A stretch of 41,588 bases of DNA from Octopus bimaculoides (lineage: Eukaryota), in assembly GCF_001194135.2 (NCBI RefSeq), contig NC_068984.1:14482477-14524064 (forward strand), given 5' to 3'. Every line of letters starts with the position of its first letter. Position 1 is the stretch's first letter. A program made the translations under genes and the position numbers. Shown piece by piece: positions 10,379 to 22,349 of the stretch. The notes under the pieces are model-generated. The model was not told the origin of the DNA. It saw only the letters and a list, made by a program, of their open reading frames with translations, and did not search any database.

Positions 10379-13086
10379 AATATAGTAATGTCCAATGCTT
10401 AGTGTAGATGTAGAAGAGACAGAGAAAGGTGGGTGAATAAATTACTGGTTCAAACGTTTCTTTTTTAATCATCACAGTAGACAATGCAACGTCTGATTTT
10501 CTCAAACACATGATGGCCACAGGCAATGTAAAAAAGCCACGCGAAGCTGGAGGACTTGTGATCACCGTTCTGCTCGATCAGAGCTGGCTTGAGAATAAAC
10601 TACGGAAGCGTAACAACCACAAAGACAGAGAGAAGGTAACAAGGACAACAGCATTAGTTACAATAATCATTATGAAAGGGTGTATGAAAATATCAGTAGA
10701 ATTATACTTTACTGGGTCTTATTTGTTTTATCAAAAGCTGAAGAATATAAAATAAAATTCACTCAGTGTAGTATTTAAAATTCTGTACCAATGAGTACAT
10801 TAATTCTCAGCCACATGCTCTATTTTGATTGAACATCTCCATAAGTTTCAAAACGTATGTTCTCGCAGAATCGATTTTAAGATGAAAGCCAAAAGCAAAT
10901 AAGTATAAATAAATTTTGTGTAGAGAGTAGCGTTAACTTTAAGTTCCTTTTTATCCCCGTTCTTCTATACGCTATTTATGTGTTTATTTGTTTTTCTTTA
11001 ATTAAAAAAAAATAAAGAAATAGCTTTATTTTTGGTGAAAAAATATTTTACAATATGCTATTAGAACAATGAAGCAGAAACTATGTGTTAAGTATGAACG
11101 AGAAGTTAGAGGTAAAAGAAGAAAAAAACGTATCGAGGTTAACTGCAATAAAATGCATCATGTACAATACGGAGAGGAGAGTCTATGAAACGTACTAAGG
11201 GCAGCAAGAATAACACAACTGTAATAAAATGCTATGTATATAAGAAAGAGGAGGGAAAAAAATGAACGTAAACAAAAGACAATAACAACGATGACAACAA
11301 AGGCACTAACAAGATACTAATGCAATAAACTGTATGAAGTACTGGGGCGAAAATGACTTGCAATAAACTACATCGCAAAACTAGGACGGCAACGCGTGGC
11401 AATAAACTTCACAACAGGAAAACAGCAGAAACAAAGAGAAACAATACATACATACATACATACATACTTACACAGAGCAATGTTGGTGTTTAAAACAATA
11501 TAATGTTTAAAACAAAGTATAACAAAGACAATACATAGTAACTGGTCGCCCCGGACGACCATAACGGTATCGTCACTCATAATGTTGAGGTGGTTTTTCA
11601 TCCACAGTCCTAATAAACGATTGTTTGCTCTTTAATGCGAGCATTAAATACAGATGACTCGTGCCTGGCTCTGTTGGTAAAATGCTACCCATTTACAAAC
11701 AGAACAATCAACAGTTCGTATTTCGCCGCTTCATAATGTATAATATTCAGTTACAGAAAAATGTGTTATTTGGGGGCGGGTGGATGATGTGAAATATAAG
11801 CAGCCTTGTACACAAACTTATAGGTGCATTATGACCAAATGGTTAAGAAGTATAAATGTATGTGTGTGTATACATATACACACATGACGTCTAGGAAATT
11901 GAAATTATATGATCAACTCGAAGTTAACAATACTTATACAATATACCGCGTAATAAGATCGAACTCAAAACCATGCGCTTGCAACCGAAGTTCTTAACCA
12001 CACAACCAAGTATATATGCGTATATGAAAGTATGCATGTATATATATAAAGAATACAGCATTGCGTACTGCTAGAGGAACACATCGTTGCCATATCTATG
12101 CAAAATGTGTGACAGTCCCTAGCGGAACCGAAAAGCCACATCGATGCTGCTCATGTTTAAGAGAACAATCAAGCGATGGCATTGCTCGAAATTCAGTTGC
12201 AGCCAATACGCATGCGCACCCACACGCACAAACAAACACACACTTATGCATATATATAGTGTTTAAGGAGTGTAGTTATTCTGACAAATGTACCAACACG
12301 CATATTAACTCCAAAATAAACAGAACAGGATTTTAAAATCAATACGTAAAATTATATTTGACTAAAATGCTGTGCTACAAATTAATGGTAAATTATTTCA
12401 TTTATGGTAAATTGTGGCTAATACATTTTAAAAATTAATACATTTCCTCACAAATTGCAGTATCCAATTTCTTTACAAGAAATTTCTCTTTTGTATAAGT
12501 AGTTAATGCCGAAATTCCATTTCCAAGGATAATAAATCAAATTGTGAAATAAATTGAGAGAACTTGCATTGTCATTGATAAAAGTAGAGCCGTAGGCCGA
12601 TTGAATTTGCAACACCAGAATAGAATGAACTTGACAACATATTAATTCCTGCTTCACTTCTTTCCCAAACTAAAATCTTTTAACTTCATTTTTTTTTTCT
12701 ACTGCATGATAATGTTCTTCAAGAGGCTGAAATATTTGTGTTGTTATTAAAAATATTGTTAAAATTGATTTCGAAGTTAAAATTACTTTAAATATCGATT
12801 AGGCATAAATATAAAATATTTACTACAGACACTTGTCTGCATGTGTATGTGTATGTGTGCATCCAATATGTATGTGAATATGTAAGCTGATCTGTACTTG
12901 TGTGGAGGAAGGGGATGCGTGTGACTGCTATTTTATATGAAATTGGAAATTTTGACTGCTCTTATCGATTATTTACTACACTTATCTTAGACCTGTCTCA
13001 TATTTTCCTGTAGTCATCTTAATAAATATATTTATTACACCATCTGTTTATTTTATATTTTCGAATATATATATATATATATATAT

Positions 13087-13117
<31 letters not shown>

Positions 13118-13600
13118 GGCAAAGGGAGANNNNNNNNNNGACAGACAGACAGACAGACAGACAGGCAAAGGGAGAAACCATGCTAAGGACGCTGAGGCTT
13201 GTCGCGGCACTCAGGCTCTTCCGTTCTTCCTGAATCGTCCAACTCATATCAGTATTATCTAATAACCAGTGAATTCCACCGGGTCCCCAGGATAAATGTC
13301 ACCTAAATTTTTTTCTTTTATTTAGGCAGGAGATGATGTACTCTTTGACGTACGGAAAATTTTCTCAATGAATTGAAAATTACTTCTTTGTTGATGAAAG
13401 GAATCAAAATATCTCGTGAAAATTGCTGCTTTTTTCAAGCGGAAAGGAAAATACTTTCAGGAAATTGAATATTTTTTGCATACAATATTTAATGCTTGGC
13501 GTAAAAAGTCTGATCTATATTGGCTGGGTCTTAATAGATCTCATCACTGATGCATAGCCTACCCAAGCATGCTTTGATCAGTGAGCACCTATGGTTATTA

Positions 13601-13955
13601 TGGCCCACTCTGTCGGTTAAGACAGACGAGCCTGCTCGTGAAATTAAGGTGGAAGTGGCTGAGCACTACACAGACACGTATATCGTTAACGTAGTACCCG
13701 GGGAGATATAACGTGACACAGAGTGTGACAAGGCTGGCCCTTTGAAATATAAGTACAACAGAAACAGGAAGAAAAAAGTGAGGGAAAGTTGTGGTGTAAG
13801 AGTACAGCAGGGTTTGCCACCACCCCCTGCTGGAGCCACTTGGAGCCTTAGGTGTTTTCATTCAATAAATACTCACAACGCCCGGTCTGGGAATCGAAAC
13901 CGCGATCCTATGACCGCGAGTCCGCTGCTCTAACCACTGGTCCATTGCGCTTCCA
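13601..13955 (-). mobile_element. SINE family C with complete tRNA head
   Basis: Minus strand: A box tggaccagtggttagagc, B box ggtttcgattccc, pyrimidine-rich middle, 3' module ccagccttgtcacactctgtgtcacg...gtgtctgtgtagtgctcagccac. Confidence 0.9.
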
Positions 13956-14086
13956 CACATATGTTTAACAACCAGGACAAAAATTACTAAGCTTTATAAC
14001 CAGTTCAATGTACATAATTATAAAAAGGGCCTAAGTCGAATAATCCAGTAATACGTACGTCGTTCACTTCTTCACACCTATTTGAA

Positions 14087-14377
14087 GGCTCGTGGCTTAG
14101 TGGTTAGGCGTGTTGCACTCACGATCCTAAGATCGTAGTTTCGATTCCCAGACCAGCCGCACGTTGTGTTCTTGAAGAAAACATTTCATAACACTTTGCT
14201 CCAATCCACACACCTTTAAATGGATAACACTGTAACGGATTAGCATTCCGATCAGGGGAAGAACTTTGGCTTGTTGGCCTAGCCAGCGGGTTAACATTAT
14301 TCAAAATCTAAAGCCATACAAAGCGCATTGTGACCAGCGATATATAACAACGTCTGATAGTCTGTTCGATCACGTGA
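14087..14377 (+). mobile_element. CORE-type tRNA SINE (family E 3' module)
   Basis: A box tggcttagtggttagg, B box gtttcgattccc, CORE-like gtgttcttgaagaaaacatttc, distinct tail agcgcattgtgaccagcg...gatcacgtga. Confidence 0.7.
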
Positions 14378-14844
14378 CCACTTGAATAATATATATATTC
14401 ATAACCGGTTTCAGTTATTTCGCCTAGCTCCCATTCTATAGTTCTCTCAATGTACATCAGTTTGCTTGGCTAAATAAAACTGATGATATATCACTTTGTG
14501 TGCGACTGAGTTGAGGATGTGGGTATATTTAAGATTATTAGTATGTGTGTATGCATCTGTATGTGTGAGTTTCGATGTATGTATATTTAAGCGGGATAAA
14601 ATATATGCTTCAGTTTGTGACTGAGTACGGACGAACGCTATTTAAAAATACGTTAAATAACTTAATGTATTCATGATTTATGAAAGCTGCTTGTCCGCAC
14701 GTATACACACACTATACCTTTAAATTACAATATAATATATGCATATATATATGTATATATAGAGAGAGAGGGGGGAGAAAGAGAGACAGACAGTTAGATA
14801 GGTAGACAGACAGAGCATAAAATATATATTATTTATATACATAC

Positions 14845-14887
<43 letters not shown>

Positions 14888-14975
14888 NNNNNNNNNNNNN
14901 NNNNNNNNNNNNNNNNNNNNNNNNNNNNNNNNNNNNNNNNNNNNNNNNNNNNNNNNNNNNNNNNNNNNNNNNNNN

Positions 14976-15029
<54 letters not shown>

Positions 15030-15489
15030 TGTATGTATGTATGTGTGTATACATGCATGAATACATGCATATATAGAGATATACAATCATACGTACATAC
15101 ATACGAATTCACATAACTGTGTGTTCGTTGAAGCCTGTTTTTCCAGTGTTAATACGAGCTATATTTGTCCGTATGTCTATATAGAAATTTCTTAATGGAA
15201 GTATTGCCGTAGCTTAGCAGATATCTCTGTTTAAGTCACTGCATTGTTATTTGAGTTAATCCAATCATTTTTTATATTTTAATAATGAAAGAAATAACTG
15301 CGGCGTGGCGAGGACAAGCGAGTCTTTAATCGTCTTTACTGAAAAGCTGTCTGTAGAATCTCTTTAAATAGCATCTAAATACCCACCCCATCATGCGTGA
15401 TTGCTCTCTTCTTTCCCGTTCGAATAGGATTCTTCACGCCTAACATTTATCTATTTACGTTTTTCCTTGCATGTATGCATCTATGTCGC

Positions 15490-15535
15490 AGTGGTGCTCT
15501 AGCATGGCCGCAGCCACATGGCTGAAACACGAAAG
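15490..15535 (+). mobile_element. SINE family A 3'-end stub
   Basis: ggtgctctagcatggccgcagccacatggctgaaacac matches the family A terminus. Confidence 0.55.
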
Positions 15536-15814
15536 TAAATGCGAAGTTAGGTAATAAAATTGAATACACGTTACGTTGATATGTATATGGTTGTATACAT
15601 ATCTGTCCGTATATTGTAATGAATGTATGTACATATACCGCATATATGTAACTGTGCTGCTATCTTAATGTGTGTCTGTCTGTCTGTGCGCGCACGCGTG
15701 TATGTTTGTGTGTGTGTGTGTAATGGAAATTTGTTTTCTATAAGTGGGAATATTGACAGAAAAATACAACTCACAAATGTATGAATAGATGTTTCTTGAG
15801 AATTAGATTTAAAT

Positions 15815-16031
15815 AAGTCGGTGAGCTGGCAGAAACGTTAGCACACCGGACGAAATGCTTAGTGATATTTCGCCTGTCTTTACGTTTTGAGTTCAAATTC
15901 CGCCGAAGTCGACTTCACCTTTTATCCTTTCGGGATCGATAAAATTAAATATCAGTTGCGTAATGGGATCGATCTAATCGACTGGTCCCTTCCCCAAAAA
16001 TTTTGGGCCTTGTACCTTGAGTAGAAAAGAA
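15815..16031 (+). mobile_element. SINE family B, full length
   Basis: gagctggcagaaacgttagcacaccggacgaaatgc...gagttcaaattccgccgaagtcgac...atcctttcgggatcgataaa...gggccttgtaccttgagtagaaaagaa. Confidence 0.9.
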
Positions 16032-16032
16032 C

Positions 16033-16230
16033 TGTTAGCACGCCTGGTGAAATGTTTGGTGTCATTTCGTCCGTCTTTACGTTCTGAGTTCAAATTCCGC
16101 CGAGGTCGACTCTGTCTTTCCTCCTTTCGGGGTCAATTAAATAAGTACTAGTTGAGTATATAGGTTATATTAATCGACTTACCCTGGTCTCGGAAATTGC
16201 TAGTCTTGTGCCAAAATTGAAATCAATATT
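16033..16230 (+). mobile_element. SINE family B, tandem second copy (5'-clipped)
   Basis: Begins 2 bp after the previous copy; gagttcaaattccgccgaggtcgactctgtctttcctcctttcggggtc. Confidence 0.85.
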
Positions 16231-16239
16231 TGTGATCTA

Positions 16240-16395
16240 AAGGTTTTTACACTCTAAATGTGTTATTGGTGATCAAACTGTCAGTAGCCCCTTTTTTGTG
16301 CTATATTTAATTTTGTTGAATCATACCAAACGGTGTTGAAAAATTTTTAGTATAAGAAAATGGGAGGTAGTTTTAAAAAAGTTTGAGAAGCACTG
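16240..16395. mobile_element. Possible hAT-type non-autonomous transposon end
   Basis: Ends in aaaagtttgagaagcactg (reverse complement CAGTGCTTCTCAAACTTTT), resembling hAT/Charlie termini; the partner TIR was not found. Confidence 0.3.
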
Positions 16396-16468
16396 AATTA
16401 AATCCTCGGGGTTATGGGATCCTTGCCATTCTAAACTAAATCGATGAAGACGGGTCAACGTCTATCTA

Positions 16469-16875
16469 TTGGGCTGTCAGATTGATTCATTCGTTTTGTT
16501 TTTTCCCGTATTTCCTATTATTTCATCAACGATTTTAACAAACCAGTTAATAATATACTCCCCTTCGTTGTTCACGACGTTTTGCTAATTTGTCAATTCT
16601 TCGAGGGTAGAAATTACTGTCTTGACTCGAAGAATTAATTCAGTCACGTTTTTAGCTTCAGGTCGTTGTTGAACAAACCTCGCAGACTGTTAGAAAGCGA
16701 CCAAAAAAAGTAATACTTTGATGGTGTTATATCAGGAGAATGCGGTGAGTGTAGTTGAACTTCCCAACCGAGTTCTTGGATAGTATTTTTGGTCAAATTA
16801 GCCACATGTGGACGAGCATTGTCGAGTTAAAGAAGCTGGCACTCTATCGTTATGTGTCTGAAAAGACGTAATCTT
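16469..16875 (-). mobile_element. Mariner transposase C-terminal remnant with probable TIR
   Basis: Minus translation DNARPHVANLTKNTIQELGWEVQLHSPHSPDITPSKYYFFWSLSNSLRG...FFES... then VVNNEGEYII. This matches mariner HDNARPH / YSPDLAPSDY / GEY motifs. Stops and frameshifts are present and the third catalytic D is read as K. TA then ttgggctgtc at 16467-16478 fits a mariner terminus. Confidence 0.9.
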
Positions 16876-16930
16876 TATTCGAAATGGAAAAACGATAAAT
16901 AAATATTTATTTAAATATGTACGGAGCTAC

Positions 16931-17111
16931 AAGAGTGGCAGCGTGGTAAGACTCTTGCTTCCCAACCACATGGTTCCGTGTTCAGTCCCACTGCGTGGCA
17001 CATTGTCCATGTATCTTCCACTCTAGCCTCGGGCCGACCAAAGTCTTGTCAGTGGATTCGGCAGACGGAAGCTGAAAAGAAGCCCGTCACATATATATAT
17101 TCATATGTGTG

Positions 17112-17144
<33 letters not shown>

Positions 17145-17358
17145 ATTCAGATGTGTGTGCCCACCCCATCGCTTGACAACCGATGTTGGTGTCTTCACGT
17201 CCCTGTAAACTTGCGGTGCAGCAAAAGACAAAAGAGACCGATAAAATAAGTACCAGGTTTACAAAGAATAAATTTTGGGTTCGATTTATTCGAATAAAAA
17301 GCGGTGGTTCAGCATGTCCGCAGTCAAATGCCTGAAATAAGTAAAAGAGTAAAAGAAT
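16931..17358 (+). mobile_element. SINE family A, full length
   Basis: Head, ctagcctcgggccgaccaaag core, internal (TA)/(TG), cgcttgacaaccgatgttggtg module, taaaaga tail. Confidence 0.9.
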
Positions 17359-18083
17359 TAAAAAAACATAAAACATTATGATAAGAATATTTTTCGTATT
17401 AACTCAAATAACATCGGAAAGAAACGATAAATATCAAACCTTTACAGAATGAGCTCTCTAATACCTTGACTGCAGATATTTTTCAGTGCAATACAATTTT
17501 GAAGAGAAGCAGCCGATCGATAAACTTATAATATAAACCTTTGTCGTTGGCTTTCTTGACTCACTTCTAAACAGCCTTCAAACGCCACAAAACATCATTA
17601 GTATATTTTTATATATCTATAAGGCATCGATAAAATAAAACCTAGTAATATAATAGCATTGGTTTAATCGATTAACCTGCTATTTAATCGATTAACCCAG
17701 ATCTACGACAAAAAATTAGGTCTTTACATCGGTTTCAGAACAGCAATACTTGACACGAAATACTTGGCATTCACGATAACATCTTGAGTATTTTTTAAAG
17801 ATACATCTTTTAAGAGCCTGCTACACTATTACTATAGATCTTCCTTTTTTTTTTCTCGTTCATTGATTTATCAAGTTCAAGAACATGACCAGACATTATG
17901 TGGAATATAGAAAGTAGTCACATAACAAGACACCAACCTAAAGGACTTTCATCTTTAGGACAGCAACGGACTTTCATCTTCATCTTGAGATGTTTCTATG
18001 CTTTGTTTGTAAATCGATTTAGTGCGCTGATCTGACTGTAATGGTCCTTATATTGTTACAGAATAATATTGTCGTTTTTTATT

Positions 18084-18123
<40 letters not shown>

Positions 18124-18310
18124 CCATAATCAACCTCACCAATAGCAGCAGCGTCATTACTATTATTTTCAAAATACCTCGACACCAGGTGTCGCAAGTA
18201 TTAAAAACAACAAAACGTTATATTATTTATTAGATGAATGGGATTTTTCTATTATATAATATATGTATGCATGTGACTGTGCGTTTGTATGTATGTATTA
18301 TGCATGTAGA

Positions 18311-18354
<44 letters not shown>

Positions 18355-18583
18355 AAATAAAAGCCACAAGTCTTGTAAAATATACAGCTACCCAAGGTTT
18401 CCTGGTCGCCATTTTTTACGCTGAGAACAAGACCCGTGAAGAATTCCATGAACGAGACTTAAGCAGATAACGTTTGAATAACAGACACTCGTGAGGAGGA
18501 AGACACAAAGAAAACTAAAAAGGGACACAACTAACGTTACAATTAACAAAAGTTTAAAAAAACGTAAACAAGATATTAACGGT

Positions 18584-18945
18584 TTACGATGACTCTAGTG
18601 GCCTATTTTTAAATTCCGCCAAGATATATTTCTTAATGTGTGAACATAGTGAAAATGTCTCGTTCATGGAATTTACGTAGCCGTAGTCCTTTAAGAGATA
18701 TGGTTTTTCAAGAGAACATATTGAACATGTTTTGGACCAATTAATATAGGGGCTAGTTTTGAAAAAGATTTTCCATATGATGTCGTAGTTGATCCCTTCG
18801 TCCTTAAGTTTTCAACTTCCTTAACATGGAAGCTAAAACTCTCGCAAAAAAGTTTAATAAAGATAGGTCCACGGTTTCATTTTGTATGTCTGCCAAAAAC
18901 ATCAAGGTATACAGCGGTGAGCCATAGCTTGTTTTAACGAAACTA
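18584..18945 (-). mobile_element. Penelope-like element GIY-YIG endonuclease C-terminus, decayed upstream
   Basis: Open frame 18811-18584(-): KLKDEGINYDIIWKIFFKTSPYINWSKTCSICSLEKPYLLKDYGYVNSMNETFSLCSHIKKYILAEFK. It matches the WKLKD..I.Y.I.W.I....PY....C.LC..EK...N...E..S.C.H..K..L tail known from invertebrate Penelope-like ORFs. Upstream VKTSYGSP resembles FKTRY.NH. Confidence 0.75.
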
Positions 18946-19598
18946 TTATATTTTGTTATTTTGGCTTGTTGAAATTCATGTTTGAGGTCAAAGACAGAAT
19001 CAAAAGTTACGAACATGATACAAGTCGTGGATCTTTAAAAAAAAAACCGACATCTTTTCGACACAGCCATCTGTAACTTTTCTTCTGGTCAATAACAAAC
19101 CATTACTGAAGCGTAATACGGAACACACACACACGTTTGTGCGTGTGGGCATGTCTGTGGGGGCATGTGTGTGTGTATAAATGTACATACATACATGCAC
19201 GCATATATATATATAAAATAAACATAACTAAATCTCATTAGAGATTTGATTATACTGAAAAATATATATTGATGTTCAGAAATTTTCTACTTGATTTTGC
19301 ATTCACGTCATTTTTGTTGGCTGAAACTGGAAAAACATCAACTCAATATTTTAAAAATATAATAATAACAAATAAATAAAAATATATATATATAAATCAA
19401 GAACAAAATCAACAATCATCACATCAAGAGGGGGAAAAAAAGGAACGAACGAACGAACGAACGAACAAACAGAAAAAAACAAACGTTATGATGAGACATT
19501 ATGCATGTCTGTGTGACAACAGGATGTGTCATATTTTGGAAAGAGGAGCAATAATATATCTGTTAGCATCATTTCGACTTCTTTTGCTGTTCTTGTTT

Positions 19599-19599
19599 A

Positions 19600-19694
<95 letters not shown>
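19599..19694. repeat. (ATT)n microsatellite
   Basis: Direct reading; a similar tract lies at about 24583-24639. Confidence 0.95.
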
Positions 19695-19695
<1 letters not shown>

Positions 19696-20509
19696 CTGTT
19701 TTATGTGTGTCTTGTCTAAGCTAATAATCTCGGAGATCTTGCAGTAACTTAAATGTCCAAACATTCCATTCAAGTTTGTAATCTGTCGTGAAATTGTTTC
19801 AATATATATATATNNNNNNNNNNNNNNNNNNNNNNNNNNNNNNNNNNNNNNNNNNNNNNNNNNNNNNNNNNNNNNNNNNNNNNNNNNNNNNNNNNNNNNN
19901 NNNNNNNNNNNNNNNNNNNNNNNNNNNNNNNNNNNNNNNNNNNNNNNNNNNNNNNNNNNNNNNNNNNNNNNNNNNNNNNNNNNNNNNNNNNNNNNNNNNN
20001 NNNNNNNNNNNNNNNNNNNNNNNNNNNNNNNNNNNNNNNNNNNNNNNNNNNNNNNNNNNNNNNNNNNNNNNNNNNNNNNNNNNNNNNNNNNNNNNNNNNN
20101 NNNNNNNNNNNNNNNNNNNNNNNNNNNNNNNNNNNNNNNNNNNNNNNNNNNNNNNNNNNNNNNNNNNNNNNNNNNNNNNNNNNNNNNNNNNNNNNNNNNN
20201 NNNNNNNNNNNNNNNNNNNNNNNNNNNNNNNNNNNNNNNNNNNNNNNNNNNNNNNNNNNNNNNNNNNNNNNNNNNNNNNNNNNNNNNNNNNNNNNNNNNN
20301 NNNNNNNNNNNNNNNNNNNNNNNNNNNNNNNNNNNNNNNNNNNNNNNNNNNNNNNNNNNNNNNNNNNNNNNNNNNNNNNNNNNNNNNNNNNNNNNNNNNN
20401 NNNNNNNNNNNNNNNNNNNNNNNNNNNNNNNNNNNNNNNNNNNNNNNNNNNNNNNNNNNNNNNNNNTTTCTATTGCTCTATTTGTTGTAATTGACGCTGT
20501 TCTTGTTGT

Positions 20510-20652
20510 TGTTGTTGGTGGTGGTGGTGGTGGAGGCGGCGGCGTTGGTGGTGGTGGTGGTCGTCGTCGTCGTGGTCCTGGTCGTGGTCGTTGTCGTGGT
20601 CATGGTCGTGGTGGTGGTGGTGGTGGTGCTGCTGCTGCCGTTATTGTTGTTT
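20510..20652. repeat. Compound (GTT)/(GGT)/(GTC) trinucleotide tract
   Basis: Direct reading; similar tracts lie at 30030-30510 and 30796-31260. Confidence 0.9.
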
Positions 20653-20696
20653 AGCCCCAAGTCAAATCTGATTGGTTAAACTGAATTTATAGACTC

Positions 20697-21012
20697 CGCG
20701 TAACTCAGTGGCTAGGATATTCAGCTTACGATCTTTAGTACATGAGTTCAATTCCCGGCGACGCGTTGTGTCCTTGAGCAACACACTTTACTTCACGTTG
20801 CTCCACTCCATTCAGCTGCCAAAAGTGAGATGTACCTGTAATTCAACAGGGATAGCTATGTCACATTCTGTGTCACGCTGAATCTACCGGAAAACTACAT
20901 TAAAGTTACATGTGTCTGTGGAGTACTCAGTTACTTGAATGTTAATTTCACAAGCTAGCCGTTCGGCCAATCGTATCAAATGGAACGTTGGTCGTTGTCA
21001 CCGACGGAGAAC
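20697..21012 (+). mobile_element. CORE-type tRNA SINE (family D) sharing its 3' module with family C
   Basis: B box gagttcaattccc, CORE-like gtgtccttgagcaacacactttacttcacgttgctccactccattcagctg, then tgtcacattctgtgtcacgctg...gtgtctgtggagtactcag. Confidence 0.85.
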
Positions 21013-21422
21013 CAGGCCTCCCTCCCCTCCAACCTTAAATATAATGTCAGCTTTTTTTTCTTTAGTGGAGGCAGTAAAATGTACCTACCACTGGCTACAT
21101 TATCATCCGTATCGTTCCATTCTTTAAAGATGCTCAGATGATGCGGTTTAGGAGAAATTTGGCTGCTATTTCTAGGAATTTGAGAGACTACATAGACAGT
21201 TCCCTTAGCTATTGCTATTTATTGTGACTTAAACATCAGTTTAATGTAATAAATATGTAAAAATACTTATCCTATTAGTAAGACTTTTAAACTTCTTTTT
21301 TTCTTTTTTATTTATTTATTGAAACGTACAAACAGTTATTTCGTGTTGAGGAGTTAGACAATAGGGTCGGAGCTCATAATGTAGGTTAGATCCCTAATTG
21401 AAAGCCAGCTGTGCTTTCATTA

Positions 21423-21530
21423 TTTACATTATTTACATTATTTACATTATTTACATTATTTACATTTGACGGATATTTGTCCTCATCTTGTTTGTTGTTA
21501 ACACAACGTTTCGGCTGATATACCCTCCAG
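21423..21530 (-). mobile_element. 5'-truncated copy of hammerhead-bearing SINE family F with (TAATGTAAA)n tail
   Basis: ctggagggtatatcagccgaaacgttgtgttaac...caaatatccgtcaaatgtaaa(taatgtaaa)4 matches 29258-29320. Confidence 0.85.
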
Positions 21531-22121
21531 ACTCAATAAAGATTTGATGGCTTTTTTTTTTGGTTTTTTTTTTATAAGGGGTTCTTACGAAATGGATTGT
21601 GAAAGTAAGAAGTTAGTAATTTGGAGATCAGAAGCCATTGTTTTAAGAAAATTTTCTCTTTTATTGAGGAATAAATTACTGACAGTTTCGACGACGATGG
21701 TGCTATCGTGATGTGAGAGAAGACTGCCCACTCGTTTTATTGGAAGGCACTGGTTACCTATNNNNNNNNNNNNNNNNNNNNNNNNNNNNNNNNNNNNNNN
21801 NNNNNNNNNNNNNNNNNNNNNNNNNNNNNNNNNNNNNNNNNNNNNNNNNNNNNNNNNNNNNNNNNNNNNNNNNNNNNNNNNNNNNNNNNNNNNNNNNNNN
21901 NNNNNNNNNNNNNNNNNNNNNNNNNNNNNNNNNNNNNNNNNNNNNNNNNNNNNNNNNNNNNNNNNNNNNNNNNNNNNNNNNNNNNNNNNNNNNNNNNNNN
22001 NNNNNNNNNNNNNNNNNNNNNNNNNNNNNNNNNNNNNNNNNNNNNNNNNNNNNNNNNNNNNNNNNNNNNNNNNNNNNNNNNNNNNNNNNNNNNNNNNNNN
22101 NNNNNNNNNNNNNNNNNNNNN

Positions 22122-22349
22122 CGATGTTGGGGGGGGACAAACACAGACACACAAACATATACACAAACATATATACATATATATACATATATACGTCGGG
22201 CTTCTTTCAGTTTCCATCTACCAAATCCACTCACAAGGCTTTGGTCGGCCCGAGGCTATAGTAGAAGACACTTGCCCAAGGTGCCACGAAGTGGGAATGA
22301 ACCCGGAGCCATGTGGCTGGTAAGTAAGCTACTTACCACACAGCCACTC
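22122..22349 (-). mobile_element. SINE family A, 5' two-thirds, cut by gap
   Basis: gagtggctgtgtggtaagtagcttacttaccagccacatggctccgggttcattcccacttcgtggcaccttgggcaagtgtcttctactatagcctcgggccgacc on minus. Confidence 0.9.

Noticed and set aside
13089-13168. Tandem copy of (CAGA)n-ggcaaagggaga around a 10-N gap
   Set aside because: It is a typical unmerged contig overlap.
13880-13955. Functional tRNA genes in SINE heads (also 29410-29457, 14087-14150)
   Set aside because: A/B boxes are present, but there is no closing acceptor stem and each continues into a SINE body.
16444-16462. cgatgaagacgggtcaacgtc resembling a hammerhead
   Set aside because: It has several core mismatches and a 2-nt loop, so it is not distinguishable from chance.
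18173-18202. Small hairpin cgacacc-a-ggtgtcg as a Helitron 3' signal (similar hairpin near 11543)
   Set aside because: There is no CTRR terminus or 5' TC end; short hairpins are expected by chance.
18465-18500. Possible hammerhead downstream of the PLE tail (ctcacgag...aaacgtta, minus)
   Set aside because: G5 and G12 are missing and the stems do not fit the core register.
18812-18814. In-frame TGA as selenocysteine in the PLE ORF
   Set aside because: It sits at a conserved Trp position (TGG->TGA is the simple explanation), the upstream frame is broken, and no SECIS was recognised.
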